Positions 1 through 10,438 are shown, numbered from the stretch's first letter. The stretch is DNA of 47,142 bases from Fidelibacterota bacterium (GCA_002703375.1 NZTO01000062.1:1-47142); one strand, 5' to 3'. The notes: generated by a model from the sequence alone, not told the origin. Numbers and translations are program-made.

Positions 1-1950
1 AGAAAAATTATATAAAGTACCTACATCTGATATATCAATCCAATCATAGGATAAACTAGGCTCATTATTAGAATCAGCCCAAAATGTACCATCATTATCC
101 GGTCCCCCAGATGGCGACTCAAAGGGTGATGTACCTAATGAATAATTTAAAAGTGAACCAGGTTGACCAACATTTACTATTACAATATCCTGTGATTCAG
201 TTGCATCAGGTGGTAACTCAAAAATTATTTCATCATTAGGTAGATATTCTAACTCTGATAAAGGACCACTTATTGGACATTCAATATTATGTTCTTCAAA
301 TGCATCACAAATACTGACATAATACGGAGTTCCATTATCAACAATGCCGTCATTGTCATCTGCTATTAATATTTCAACTAAAAAATCAGGTACATTATTT
401 GGTCTTGCAGTTTGTGCAAAATAAAATAAATCATCTGCTCGCTCAACTCCATCATTATAACCTAATAATTCAATTAAATTTTCTCTTGTTTTCCACATTG
501 AACCCATTGTCAATTCACCTAAACAATGAACACCTCCATCACACTCGTTAGCAGGATATTGCCTTGTATTATTTCCATCTCGTAAACAAGTTCCATTACC
601 AAAAAAACCTTGGCCCAAACAAGGTGAATTAGTTATAGTCATTGCCCAATAATCGGCACAACCCTCTCCCATGCCTGAATCAAATGGCGAGGTGTATGGA
701 GCATAAATAAATTGTTGTAAACCATGTCCATATTCATGATATACAACATCAGCCATTTCTCCTGTCGCAGGACAGCCTCCTCCCGCTTGATACATATTTA
801 TGCTATTCCCATCCCAAAATGCATTACAATTATCATTAATATTTACATTCGCTGGCATCTCATAATCAGCTCCACTGAATGATGGGTCCAAAGATTTTTG
901 CCAATCATGTATTAAATTTGCATGAAAATATGTGTCTCTTTCACTAGGGATGGAATTAGCATTTGAAAATATAAAATCTTCAGTAGTACCTGGAATTACA
1001 GTTCTAGAAATACTAGCATCACTGCCACTTGAATTATTAGTATTTATATATGAACCTTCTAATTTAACTGTGGCTGTTCTGTTTTGATTACCAATTTCAA
1101 TTGAATAAAAACCATTTTCATCTGTATAAGTTGAACCTACTCCGGATATTTGAACTTCTACGTGTTCTAAAGGCCTATTAAATTCAACACCATATGGATC
1201 ATTTTTAACACCGCCACTTACATAACCAGATACAGTTGCTGTTTGAACCATATCAATTTTATTAACGACTTTACCAGTAAAAGAATCTACAAAAACTTTC
1301 CATCTGTGAACAGGTAATTCATGTTTGTGAACGTTAATTTCGTGTACATATAATTCAACTAACCATGTTAAATAATATTTTGAAGATTCTTTCTCATCAA
1401 CCCAAATATATTGTTCAGATTCTTCAATAACATAGTCACCTTTTTTTTCACTATATCCTACGTGATTTTTTGCTATATTTAAAGCATCTAACATATCATA
1501 ATTATTATTCATATCAATATCGATATCTGAAAAAGTATCATTACCTACGAGAACTATATCTCCATTTAATCTGTATCTAAAATCAATTCTGCTATTCCAA
1601 ACAGGAATTCCATTATATAATTGATTGAAAATTAAATATCTAATGTCACCTTTTGTATCATTAACCCAAACTTCAATTTCATTATCATCGATATTAAATA
1701 AAAAATTATTTTCTTGGATAAATGCTCTAGCATCTAATTCTAATAATTTTTTATTCTGTACGTTTACATCTCTCGAAATTTTATTACCATAAATTCTATG
1801 TGCCGTCCCATTTTCATTCCATTTATAGTGCCATTGTTTATTTGTAAGATTATTAAATTTTGCTTTAAGGTTAATATTTATTATATCCTTAGTTGTGCTT
1901 GAAAATCCAAAAACAAAAAATAAAACAATAATATAAAGATTGTAATTCAT
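1..1950 (-). CDS. M36 (fungalysin)-like secreted zinc metallopeptidase, first 650 codons; C-terminus lies beyond the left window edge
   Basis: Absent from the ORF track because it has no stop in the window. Manual minus-strand translation from ATG 1950-1948 (GAGGAG 4 nt upstream) stays open for all 650 codons to nt 1. Signal peptide MNYNLYIIVLFFVFGFSS. Zinc motif VVYHEYGHGL (HEYGH = 724-738) is followed about 20 aa later by SGMGEGCADYW, the HExxH...GEGxxD arrangement I associate with family M36. The N-terminal half looks like a propeptide. Confidence 0.8.
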   Translation of the reverse strand, partial: MNYNLYIIVLFFVFGFSSTTKDIININLKAKFNNLTNKQWHYKWNENGTAHRIYGNKISRDVNVQNKKLLELDARAFIQENNFLFNIDDNEIEVWVNDTKGDIRYLIFNQLYNGIPVWNSRIDFRYRLNGDIVLVGNDTFSDIDIDMNNNYDMLDALNIAKNHVGYSEKKGDYVIEESEQYIWVDEKESSKYYLTWLVELYVHEINVHKHELPVHRWKVFVDSFTGKVVNKIDMVQTATVSGYVSGGVKNDPYGVEFNRPLEHVEVQISGVGSTYTDENGFYSIEIGNQNRTATVKLEGSYINTNNSSGSDASISRTVIPGTTEDFIFSNANSIPSERDTYFHANLIHDWQKSLDPSFSGADYEMPANVNINDNCNAFWDGNSINMYQAGGGCPATGEMADVVYHEYGHGLQQFIYAPYTSPFDSGMGEGCADYWAMTITNSPCLGQGFFGNGTCLRDGNNTRQYPANECDGGVHCLGELTMGSMWKTRENLIELLGYNDGVERADDLFYFAQTARPNNVPDFLVEILIADDNDGIVDNGTPYYVSICDAFEEHNIECPISGPLSELEYLPNDEIIFELPPDATESQDIVIVNVGQPGSLLNYSLGTSPFESPSGGPDNDGTFWADSNNEPSLSYDWIDISDVGTLYNFS

Positions 1951-1959
1951 TGTTCTCCT

Positions 1960-3504
1960 CTATGATCTATTAATTACTATACTCACTAAAACTATAATAT
2001 CAAAAATATCTATTTGAAAATCATCATTTAAATCCATACAAATAATTTCATCATCATTACACCCTGATAAAATACAATTCATTACCAAAATAATATCTTG
2101 GATATTAGCATATGAATCAGCGTTAAAATCTCCTACAACTATGCATGATCCATCGTATTGATTGGCAGCACTGACAGCATTAAATAAATTTAACCTTCCC
2201 GATGAAACTGTTATACCATTTAATGATGAAATTAAATCAACTGTGTTTAAAATTAGATTTTTAATAATCAATGGCGTTGAACTAGGGTTTTGAAGATACT
2301 CTTGATATAAAAAGTCTGAAGCAGAATCATACATCAAACCAATTGCTCCTGAAACAATAGGAGCTGAATATGATGTACCAGTCAATGAACAAGAAGTAAG
2401 ATTGCCTGGCCTAATTGAACAAACACTTGTGCCAGGAGCACCCAAATCAATTGATTCTGCCCCATATGCAGCACTTGAAAATTTGGAATCATTTCTATCT
2501 GTATTAGTTACTGTAATCAAATAGTCACTTGCACAACTTGTAGGAACATCACCTTGTTCATCAACGTTAGCATTAATATTCATTGTAGCAGCAACGCTTA
2601 GAATTCCGACCTCACCCAATGTATCAAACATATCATTCCAAACAGGAAATTCACCTGAGTTACAATCTCCATAATTAATTCCCCAGCTGGAATTAATTAC
2701 TACTACATTCGCTCCTAAAACTCCATCTGTATCAATCCATAAAATTTTATTATCATATGCATAACTATATGATGCAATAACTGTTGATGTCAAAGAAGAT
2801 GATCCGGAAATTGGCATTATCTTTGTATTCCAATTAACACCCACAACATCCAAATTATTATTTCCTTTTGCACCTATCATTCCAGCAACTTTAGTTCCAT
2901 GTGATGTAACAGGATGAGTGAAATCCTGTTCATAAGCATCCCAACCATTTATATCGTCTACATATCCATTTTCATCATCATCTATTTCGTTTTCAATTTC
3001 ATTTATATTAGTCCAAATATTTTCATTTAAATCCTGATGCTCAATATCAAAACCACTATCTACCACTCCAATTACAATATTACGATTATTACCAGTCGAT
3101 ATATCCCAAGCTTCAGGAGCATCAATATCAGCATTTTCTGTGCCACCTCCTTGACCTGTATTATTTAAATGCCACATATTACTATATTGAGGATCATTAG
3201 GAATTAATCTTTCACTAATTAAATGATTTTTTTGTGCGTAAATGACATAAGAAAGTGATTGAATAATATTAATTGCACTATTGATATCAGAATGAACGAT
3301 AGAATCATACTTTATCAAAAAAATATTTAAATAATCAAATAACTTAGTTTCAATCTCAAAACCAAGCATAACTAAGTCTTTTTTCATTATATCATTTGTT
3401 ATGCTTTTGTCAACTTTAACAATAATCTGATTTTCTGAATAGTTACTTGTCAAAATTATATTAAAAAAGATTAAAAAGATGATTATAATTTGATTTTTTC
3501 TCAT
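1960..3504 (-). CDS. Secreted subtilisin-family (S8) serine peptidase with C-terminal dockerin-like repeats
   Basis: Catalytic triad motifs in D/H/S order: GVVDSGFD, HGTKVAGMIGA, GTSYSAPIVSGA. Hydrophobic N-terminus IIIIFLIFFNIILTS. The C-terminal 57 aa contain two D/N-rich repeats. Confidence 0.9.
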   Translation of the reverse strand: MRKNQIIIIFLIFFNIILTSNYSENQIIVKVDKSITNDIMKKDLVMLGFEIETKLFDYLNIFLIKYDSIVHSDINSAINIIQSLSYVIYAQKNHLISERLIPNDPQYSNMWHLNNTGQGGGTENADIDAPEAWDISTGNNRNIVIGVVDSGFDIEHQDLNENIWTNINEIENEIDDDENGYVDDINGWDAYEQDFTHPVTSHGTKVAGMIGAKGNNNLDVVGVNWNTKIMPISGSSSLTSTVIASYSYAYDNKILWIDTDGVLGANVVVINSSWGINYGDCNSGEFPVWNDMFDTLGEVGILSVAATMNINANVDEQGDVPTSCASDYLITVTNTDRNDSKFSSAAYGAESIDLGAPGTSVCSIRPGNLTSCSLTGTSYSAPIVSGAIGLMYDSASDFLYQEYLQNPSSTPLIIKNLILNTVDLISSLNGITVSSGRLNLFNAVSAANQYDGSCIVVGDFNADSYANIQDIILVMNCILSGCNDDEIICMDLNDDFQIDIFDIIVLVSIVINRS

Positions 3505-3584
3505 GATTTAAAATTTCTGATATAATATATTAAAAAAAAGTAAGTTTTTTTTATTCATTTTTAATACAAGATGTAACGAAAAAT

Positions 3585-5867
3585 TTAATTTATATTTTGA
3601 TCAATGTAAAATTGCAAAGAATCATAAAGAATTGGATCTAACATCTTAAGAATATTCAACTCTTTTTTCATTGATCTAGTTTTGTTTAAATGAAAGTAAC
3701 ATAATCCTAATCCAAGATGACTCTGAGCATCATCTGGGTTAATTTTAAGTGCTTTCCTAAAAGATTTTGCTGATTCTGAATAATTATTAAGATTATAATA
3801 TGCTTCACCTATTAAGAAAAGTGTTCTGTAATCTTGCGAATTAATTTTCAGGGACTCTTCAAATGAGGTAATCGCACTTTGATATTTTTTCATCTTCACA
3901 AAAGACTTTCCAATTAATACATATACAAGTGCATCATCATTTGTATTAGAGGAAAATTTGATAAAATTTTCAATAGCATATTCATATAATTCTAATTCGA
4001 AATAAATGATTCCTTTTTGGTAAAATATTTCATTATTTTCTAAGGAGAAATTTTGCAACTCTTCTAAAGCTATCAAAGCTTGTATATATTTACCTAAACT
4101 TGCATATGAAATACCAAGAGTATATAATGTTTCAAAATTATAACTTCCACAATTTATTGCTTCTTTTAAATAAAAAATTGCAGATTTATAATCTCTCAGT
4201 TCAAAAGCAATTTCACCAATAATTTTATAAATTTCTGCATCTTCATCATTGTACTCTAATACTGCCTTGTAATTATCGTACGCTTTTTCAATGTTCCCAA
4301 GCTTGTAATGTGAGTATGCAAGATTTGTCAAGTACTTATAATTAAATGGATATAATAAAGTAAGACGCTCATATACATTAATTGATTCTTGAAATCTTGT
4401 TTCGTTTATAAAAATATCGCCTAATACTTTTAAAACAGATATTGAATCAGGATTATGAATAATATATTCTCTTAAGGGTTCCATGGACTCATAAAACTCT
4501 TCATTTTTGTAAAGTAACATGCCTAATCTATAATTTATATCTGCTATATCAGGTGAATATTTTTTTGCCATTTTATAAGATTGAATAGCCTTATCTGTTT
4601 TTAATATGCCTTCATGTATAATGCCCAAATTATAGTGTGCTTTACCATTTTCAAAATTTAATTTAACTGATCTGTTAAATGCATCCATGGCTTGTACTAG
4701 ACGGTTTGTATTTAAGTAAGCAATACCTAAATTATAATAAATATCGTCATTTTCAGGATTTAACATCAAAGCTTGTGTTAAATTAGATATTGCTTTATCA
4801 TAATCTTCTAATATTATATTTATTTTACCTAAATGATAAAATGATTCATAATGATATGGGTCAAACGTTAAAATTTTTTCATAACCCAAAATAGCATTGG
4901 AATAATTTTTTAAATTATATAAACTATAAGCAACTCCGTTTATAGCATTTAAGTTATTTTTTTCAATCCAAACGACCTCTTGATATTTTTCCAAAGAATT
5001 ATACCAATCTTTATTTTTCGTATGAAAATTCCCTAAAATTATTAAAGCCAGTACATCTTTATCGTTTACCTCTAGGTGTTTTTCTAAATGATATAAAGAA
5101 GAATCAACAATATTTTTCTGGTTGTAACATAGAGACAATAAAAAATTATTAGCTAAATTCAATGTATCAATTTTATTATTTATGTGAATAGCATCTATTA
5201 GTTCGTCAATGTAATTTTCATCAATTGAAAAAAATTCTAAAAAATAATCAGAATCTAATATGCTTGAACGAAGTCCTATAGCTTTATTAAAGCTATTAAT
5301 TGCTTCTGTATACAAACCATTGTTTACATATGAATTCGTTAAATCAATTAAATCTAATGCTTGTTCACTAGGATTTTCATCAATGACCCATATGCTTGAA
5401 TCAGAATAAGAAGTGTCGCTTGACAATGGGATCCAAAGAGTTGAATCCCATTTGACTGATAAAGAATCAAAAAACAAATATTCATTTGTACTATTTAATA
5501 TATCAATTTGGTTTGAAACTTTTTTAAGTTTATTAAAATCTCCTGATAAAGAATAAACATCTGATAATTTTTTTAATGATCTTATAAGATTATCTCTAGA
5601 ATCTGTAAAATCTTTATTAAATAAATCTTCTGCCAGATTGAAATAGATTTGTGCTGAATCTAATTTTTCTTCCAATAAAAAGATTTCACCTATATTTTGA
5701 TATATTTTGGCAATTTCTAAAGTATTGTCATTAATTTCTTCAGACAATTCTTTATCTAGAATTTTTAAATAATAGCTTTTTGTTTTAGTTGAATCATTAG
5801 CTTCATTAGAAAGTTGATTTAGACATAATCCAAAAAGAATTATTATAGAAAATCTATGTAAAATCAT
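3585..5867 (-). CDS. Large tetratricopeptide-repeat (TPR) protein with N-terminal signal peptide
   Basis: 760 aa. The N-terminus MILHRFSIIILFGLCLNQ is hydrophobic. There are many 34-aa repeats with the A/Y/L pattern (e.g. AYYNLGIAYLNTNRLVQAMDAFNRSVKLNFEN, AHYNLGIIHEG). Confidence 0.8.
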   Translation of the reverse strand: MILHRFSIIILFGLCLNQLSNEANDSTKTKSYYLKILDKELSEEINDNTLEIAKIYQNIGEIFLLEEKLDSAQIYFNLAEDLFNKDFTDSRDNLIRSLKKLSDVYSLSGDFNKLKKVSNQIDILNSTNEYLFFDSLSVKWDSTLWIPLSSDTSYSDSSIWVIDENPSEQALDLIDLTNSYVNNGLYTEAINSFNKAIGLRSSILDSDYFLEFFSIDENYIDELIDAIHINNKIDTLNLANNFLLSLCYNQKNIVDSSLYHLEKHLEVNDKDVLALIILGNFHTKNKDWYNSLEKYQEVVWIEKNNLNAINGVAYSLYNLKNYSNAILGYEKILTFDPYHYESFYHLGKINIILEDYDKAISNLTQALMLNPENDDIYYNLGIAYLNTNRLVQAMDAFNRSVKLNFENGKAHYNLGIIHEGILKTDKAIQSYKMAKKYSPDIADINYRLGMLLYKNEEFYESMEPLREYIIHNPDSISVLKVLGDIFINETRFQESINVYERLTLLYPFNYKYLTNLAYSHYKLGNIEKAYDNYKAVLEYNDEDAEIYKIIGEIAFELRDYKSAIFYLKEAINCGSYNFETLYTLGISYASLGKYIQALIALEELQNFSLENNEIFYQKGIIYFELELYEYAIENFIKFSSNTNDDALVYVLIGKSFVKMKKYQSAITSFEESLKINSQDYRTLFLIGEAYYNLNNYSESAKSFRKALKINPDDAQSHLGLGLCYFHLNKTRSMKKELNILKMLDPILYDSLQFYIDQNIN

Positions 5868-5895
5868 TTTAATTAACTTTTTTGAAGATTGCTAA

Positions 5896-7224
5896 CTACA
5901 ACTCTTTTATTACATCTCTAATACATTCAGCTAAATCATCAATTTGCCAAGATTCTATGGTCAAAGCAGGAGCTATACGTACTGTTGAATGGTGTGTTTC
6001 TTTTGCATATACACCTTTATTCATTAATTCCATTGAAACTTTATGCCCATCTAATTTTTTTTCATCATGCATTTCAAAAGCTGTTAACAATCCTTTACCA
6101 CGTATTTCTTTTATTTTATCGGGAAATTCACTTTTCATTTCGTTAAAATGATCCAACAGTTGCGTTCCTCTTATTTTTGCATTTTTAGCTAATTGTTGAT
6201 CTACTAAGACTTTAATTGCATAAACACCTACAACAGATGCTAAAGGATAGCCCCCAAAAGTTGATCCTTCAGATCCTGGTGTCAATGTTCCAACGACATC
6301 ATCTCTTCCTGCGACAAAAGATACTGGCAAAATTCCTCCTCCAGCTGCTTTACCACAACCCATCAAATCTGGCTTAACACCAAATAACTGATGAGCGAAA
6401 TTTTCTCCAGTTCTTCCAAATCCTGTTTGAACCTCATCCATTGCTAATAATACATTATATTGGTCACATAATTTTCTTACTTCTTTCCAATAATTGTCAT
6501 TTGGCACAATGACACCTGCTTCACCTTGTATGGGTTCAACAGAATAAGCTGCTATTAGATCGCCCTTTTTTTCAAATTTTTCTTTTAATGCATCAATGTC
6601 ATTATAAGGGACTAATTCGATACCTGGTACAAAAGGTCCAAAATCTCTTTGAGCATCTGCATCATCAGACATCGAAATTGCCGATAAGGAACGTCCATGA
6701 AAATTACCAGTTGCCCCAAGTACTATGGCTTTATCTTTTGGAATTTTTTTCACCTGATAACCCCATCTTCTACAGAGTTTAAATGTTAACTCCCATGATT
6801 CTACACCTGCAACTTTAGGAACAACTCTATCCATACCTGTTAAAGACGTAACTGCCATTAAAAAAGCGCTCATATATTTATGTCTAATAGATCTAGGCAC
6901 CGTTGGAAGTTTTTCATCTTCTAAATGTCTTACAACAGCATCTACTATTGTTTGATTTAATTGACCTTGATTAACGGCAGAATAGCAACATAAACCATCT
7001 ATAATTTCTTCCTCAATGTACGAAGCAACATTATTTTTATCAGGTTTTCTACAAACTAAAGTTGAAGAATCTTTTACATGTGATACTACTACATTTTCTA
7101 AAGGTGAATAATTCTGGCCACCCTTTGTTTTTTCAATTTCTTCATGTTCTAATGGTGTTAAATCACCAATTCTTACTCCGTTAACTGTTAAATCATCTCC
7201 ATAACCGGATATATTTAAGTTCAT
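5896..7224 (-). CDS. rocD: Ornithine aminotransferase (class III PLP aminotransferase)
   Basis: Collinear with ornithine-oxo-acid aminotransferases: YSAVNQG, EPIQGEAGVIVP, DEVQTGFGRTG, and the PLP-lysine region GCGKAAGGGILPVS. Confidence 0.8.
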   Translation of the reverse strand: MNLNISGYGDDLTVNGVRIGDLTPLEHEEIEKTKGGQNYSPLENVVVSHVKDSSTLVCRKPDKNNVASYIEEEIIDGLCCYSAVNQGQLNQTIVDAVVRHLEDEKLPTVPRSIRHKYMSAFLMAVTSLTGMDRVVPKVAGVESWELTFKLCRRWGYQVKKIPKDKAIVLGATGNFHGRSLSAISMSDDADAQRDFGPFVPGIELVPYNDIDALKEKFEKKGDLIAAYSVEPIQGEAGVIVPNDNYWKEVRKLCDQYNVLLAMDEVQTGFGRTGENFAHQLFGVKPDLMGCGKAAGGGILPVSFVAGRDDVVGTLTPGSEGSTFGGYPLASVVGVYAIKVLVDQQLAKNAKIRGTQLLDHFNEMKSEFPDKIKEIRGKGLLTAFEMHDEKKLDGHKVSMELMNKGVYAKETHHSTVRIAPALTIESWQIDDLAECIRDVIKEL

Positions 7225-7286
7225 AAAGCTCCCTATATATTAAAAAATTAAAAAATAATGCAATATAATTTACACGAACAAATAAT

Positions 7287-7793
7287 TTATTTTTCTAATA
7301 ATAAACTTATTGCAGTAGATAGTTTTAAAACTGTTTTAGAATTTCTTTCAAACCTATCACACATCATATCAACTAAATTTTTCATTACTTTGTAACCCAA
7401 TGAATTATCTTTATCACACAATGCAAAGAAATCATTTGACTCTATCAATCCAATAATTGATTTAGATGTTGTTTTAATATTTGCTGTTCTTTGTTTAGAT
7501 TCCCCTAAAAAAACTTCTCCAAATACTGGAAAATCCTTTGATGATGCTTTAAACACCTCTTTAACGCTATCATCCTCTTTCAGTAATTTACTTTTTAAAG
7601 TTAATGGCATTGAAACACTACAATTGCCATCAAAAAGAAAAATTAATCTATCTTCTATACTGCCTTCTTGAATAATATTGACATCAGATTCTACTTGTTT
7701 AATACTAATAATTGATAAGAATTTTTTTAAATCTTCATTATTAATATTTTTAAAAATTTTATAATTTTTCAATAATTCTATAGAAATATTCAT
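7287..7793 (-). CDS. Stand-alone cyclic-nucleotide-binding (CAP effector-type) domain protein
   Basis: 168 aa. It shows a beta-roll signature, FGEVFLGESKQRTANIKT (FGE...R.A pattern). No DNA-binding or other output domain is visible. Confidence 0.55.
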   Translation of the reverse strand: MNISIELLKNYKIFKNINNEDLKKFLSIISIKQVESDVNIIQEGSIEDRLIFLFDGNCSVSMPLTLKSKLLKEDDSVKEVFKASSKDFPVFGEVFLGESKQRTANIKTTSKSIIGLIESNDFFALCDKDNSLGYKVMKNLVDMMCDRFERNSKTVLKLSTAISLLLEK

Positions 7794-7941
7794 TTTTTTA
7801 TAATTAAGTATATTTTATTTAACTTTAATTTAATAAGTTTTAAGCTGTTAATTGGAAATATAGTTTTAGCTTGTTTTTTAAATACTATAAATATCAAATT
7901 CTAGCAATTTAATTATAACTAATTTATAAAATACATCAATT

Positions 7942-8283
7942 ATGAAAAAAATACTTATATTAACATTCGTAATAATATTTATTGGCTGCAAAAGTGATGT
8001 TGAATTATCAATGGAACGAGGAATACAATTTTATGAATGGCAACTATTTGATAAAGCTATTTTAGAATTTAATCAAGTAGTTCTAATGCTGCCAGATGAT
8101 CCAAGAAAACTAACTTATGAAGAGACAGAAATGCTTTCTAGAGCTTACTACAATTTATCAATAGCTCATTTAAAATTAGGCAGAACAGATTTTGCAGATA
8201 ACTATATATTAAAAGCATATCAATTATCACCTACGGAAGAAAACTGGAATTTATTAAATGATTTGAAATCAAATCAAAAATAA
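7942..8283 (+). CDS. Small TPR-containing lipoprotein
   Basis: Lipobox FIGC follows a hydrophobic signal (MKKILILTFVIIFIGC). A TPR-like segment AYYNLSIAHLKLGRTDFADNYILKAY is present. Confidence 0.6.
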   Translation: MKKILILTFVIIFIGCKSDVELSMERGIQFYEWQLFDKAILEFNQVVLMLPDDPRKLTYEETEMLSRAYYNLSIAHLKLGRTDFADNYILKAYQLSPTEENWNLLNDLKSNQK

Positions 8284-8285
8284 TT

Positions 8286-9062
8286 TTAGCCAGTAATATC
8301 CTCACCACCATCAACTCTAATAGTATTGCCCGTCATCCAAGTTTCTTCAGATAGCCCAATAAGACTAATTATTGAAGCAAGATCAGCAGGCGTAGTCAGT
8401 CTTTTAGAAGGATTTATTTTTAATGAATTCTCAATCATTATATCATTACCTGGAATTTTTCTTAATGCGGGAGTATCAGTGACGCCTGCTTGCAACGCAT
8501 TACAAGCAATATTATATTGTCCAAGTTCTATAGCAATTTGTCTACAATATGATTCTAACGCAGCTTTTGCTGCTGATACTGCACCATAAGCTTTCCATTG
8601 TCTATGTCCTCCAGAACTAGTCATAGCAAAAATTTGACTTCCATTTTTTATAAGCTTTGTTTGAAACAGATCTTGAGACCAATAAATTAAACTACTAGCC
8701 ATAACATTTAATGTCATTTCAATCTGTTTTTGATTTAAACTTGAATTTAGTGTTTGATCAAAAACTGGTTTTAATGCTCCAAATGCTAAAGAATGCAAAA
8801 ATATTTTTACTCTAATTTTTCCAATGTTTTTTAACTCTTTTATAACTTCTAATCTCGTGTTTTCATCAGTTGCACTAGCATTTTTAAAAATAATATCAAC
8901 GTTATTTTCTTTCAACTCATCTTTTAACAAAGTAATATTTTTCATTGCTGATTTTCTATCAAGATGAACACCATAAATATTAATATTATTTTTTGCTAAT
9001 TCTTTTGCTGCTGCTGCTCCAAATCCACTTGATACTCCTAAAATTAATGCCCAATCTTTCAT
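8286..9062 (-). CDS. Short-chain dehydrogenase/reductase, FabL-like enoyl-ACP reductase candidate
   Basis: 258 aa. Gly-rich N-terminus ILGVSSGFGAAAA and catalytic YxxxK (YGAVSAAKAA). The C-terminal region ALQAGVTDTPALRKIPG resembles Bacillus FabL as I remember it. Confidence 0.55.
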   Translation of the reverse strand: MKDWALILGVSSGFGAAAAKELAKNNINIYGVHLDRKSAMKNITLLKDELKENNVDIIFKNASATDENTRLEVIKELKNIGKIRVKIFLHSLAFGALKPVFDQTLNSSLNQKQIEMTLNVMASSLIYWSQDLFQTKLIKNGSQIFAMTSSGGHRQWKAYGAVSAAKAALESYCRQIAIELGQYNIACNALQAGVTDTPALRKIPGNDIMIENSLKINPSKRLTTPADLASIISLIGLSEETWMTGNTIRVDGGEDITG

Positions 9063-9144
9063 AATATCCTCAAATAATGTAGTTTTATTAAAAAATTCTT
9101 ATTAATGCTATGTATAATATAAATATCTTTTTTTAATTTAAGAT

Positions 9145-9645
9145 ATGTGGTTTTTTATGATATTATCATACATTTTAATACTTTTATCTGGTATTGGGCT
9201 CAATATTATCGGTTTAAATCATTATTTTGATCTACAACTATTTAATATTGGAATAATTAAATTAGATTTGTTTATTAGTATGATTTTCATTGCTACACAA
9301 ACTTTAGTTATGTTCTTTTTTGTTGGAACAGGTGTCAGTATAAAAGAATATATACAAGAAAATCCTAAGACTGATCATATCTTCCATAAAGATTCAATAA
9401 AAATTAAAAGAAAATTATATCCACCAACAATGGCTCTTACTCTGCTTTTTGTTGCTATGATTATATTTCATGGGCTTTTTATAATAAAACAAGCCAAAGA
9501 AATTTGGTTTCATATAACTTATATTTCAACATACTATTATTTTGTTAAATCAACTATAATACAACATCAATGTTTTAAAGAAAATACTCTAATTATTTTA
9601 AATATGACGGGATTAAATAATACTAATTTGGAGTCTGATCTTTAG
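9145..9645 (+). CDS. Hypothetical integral membrane protein
   Basis: 166 aa with about four hydrophobic segments. No recognisable family. Its 3' end overlaps the convergent rhomboid gene by 23 nt. Confidence 0.45.
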   Translation: MWFFMILSYILILLSGIGLNIIGLNHYFDLQLFNIGIIKLDLFISMIFIATQTLVMFFFVGTGVSIKEYIQENPKTDHIFHKDSIKIKRKLYPPTMALTLLFVAMIIFHGLFIIKQAKEIWFHITYISTYYYFVKSTIIQHQCFKENTLIILNMTGLNNTNLESDL

Positions 9646-10435
9646 TATGATTTTTACTTGCATTAAATAATTTATTTCTTTCGAATTCAGTTAAACCTTC
9701 CCAACCTTTAAATTTTAGTTTTTCTAAAATAATATCTAGATCATCTTTTTTATTTGAAAGAGGATTTTCAAAACTATTTTTTTCTTCATAGACTTTAATC
9801 TTAGGAAAAATTCTTTTAATATTATTCCACTTTAAAAATATAAAACCAACTATTATACCTGCTAAATGTGTAATATGGCTTATAGATGAATTAGTTTGGG
9901 TTAACGAAGCAAATAAAGCTGTCAAGCCTAATAAAATCATCATAAATTTTATTTGCATAGGAAAAATTCCATATATATAAACTGTTCTGTTGGGGTATAT
10001 TAATGTATATGCAATTAAAATTCCATAAATTGCACCACTAGCTCCAACAATGGGGATAATAGAATATGGGTTATATAAAATTGTTAAAATACCTGACCCT
10101 ACTCCTGTAAACAAATAATACAATAGAAATTTATTTTTACCCCACCTGTATTCAAGTTCTCTTCCAAACATCCATAAAACTAACATATTAATTAAAATGT
10201 GAAAAAAACCACTATGCAAAAAAATGTACGTTAATGGTTGCCAAATTTTATATGATTCCCAACTAAGTCTAGGTATTAAACCAAAAAGCTCAAAAAATAT
10301 AAATTTAAATCCAAGTATTTCAGTTATTATAAAAATTATAATATTTAATATAATTAAAAATTTGACAGCTTCAGGTAAAGACGTATTAAAACCAATATTT
10401 AATCTATTGAATGGATTGTTATATTGAAATCTCAT
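9623..10435 (-). CDS. Rhomboid-family intramembrane serine protease
   Basis: Catalytic GASGAIYG serine motif, the HSGFFHILINM motif and a downstream catalytic His (HLAGIIVG), on a multi-TM scaffold. Confidence 0.85.
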   Translation of the reverse strand: MRFQYNNPFNRLNIGFNTSLPEAVKFLIILNIIIFIITEILGFKFIFFELFGLIPRLSWESYKIWQPLTYIFLHSGFFHILINMLVLWMFGRELEYRWGKNKFLLYYLFTGVGSGILTILYNPYSIIPIVGASGAIYGILIAYTLIYPNRTVYIYGIFPMQIKFMMILLGLTALFASLTQTNSSISHITHLAGIIVGFIFLKWNNIKRIFPKIKVYEEKNSFENPLSNKKDDLDIILEKLKFKGWEGLTEFERNKLFNASKNHTKDQTPN

Positions 10436-10438
10436 AAA

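Noticed and set aside
3532-3552. An A8-GTAAG-T8 element between the TPR gene and the subtilisin gene, a potential all-A:U hairpin or bidirectional terminator.
   Set aside because: The stem would consist only of A:U pairs and be very unstable. It is more simply explained as AT-rich spacer or promoter DNA.
7836-7875. An imperfect direct repeat, AGTTTTAAGCTGTT (7836-7849) and AGTTTTAGCTTGTT (7862-7875), lies in the 148-nt divergent region between the cNMP-binding gene and the TPR lipoprotein gene.
   Set aside because: The match is imperfect, T-rich and low-complexity. The possible AAGCT/AGCTT pairing would leave a 21-nt loop and has no upstream gene to terminate. It cannot be distinguished from chance by eye.
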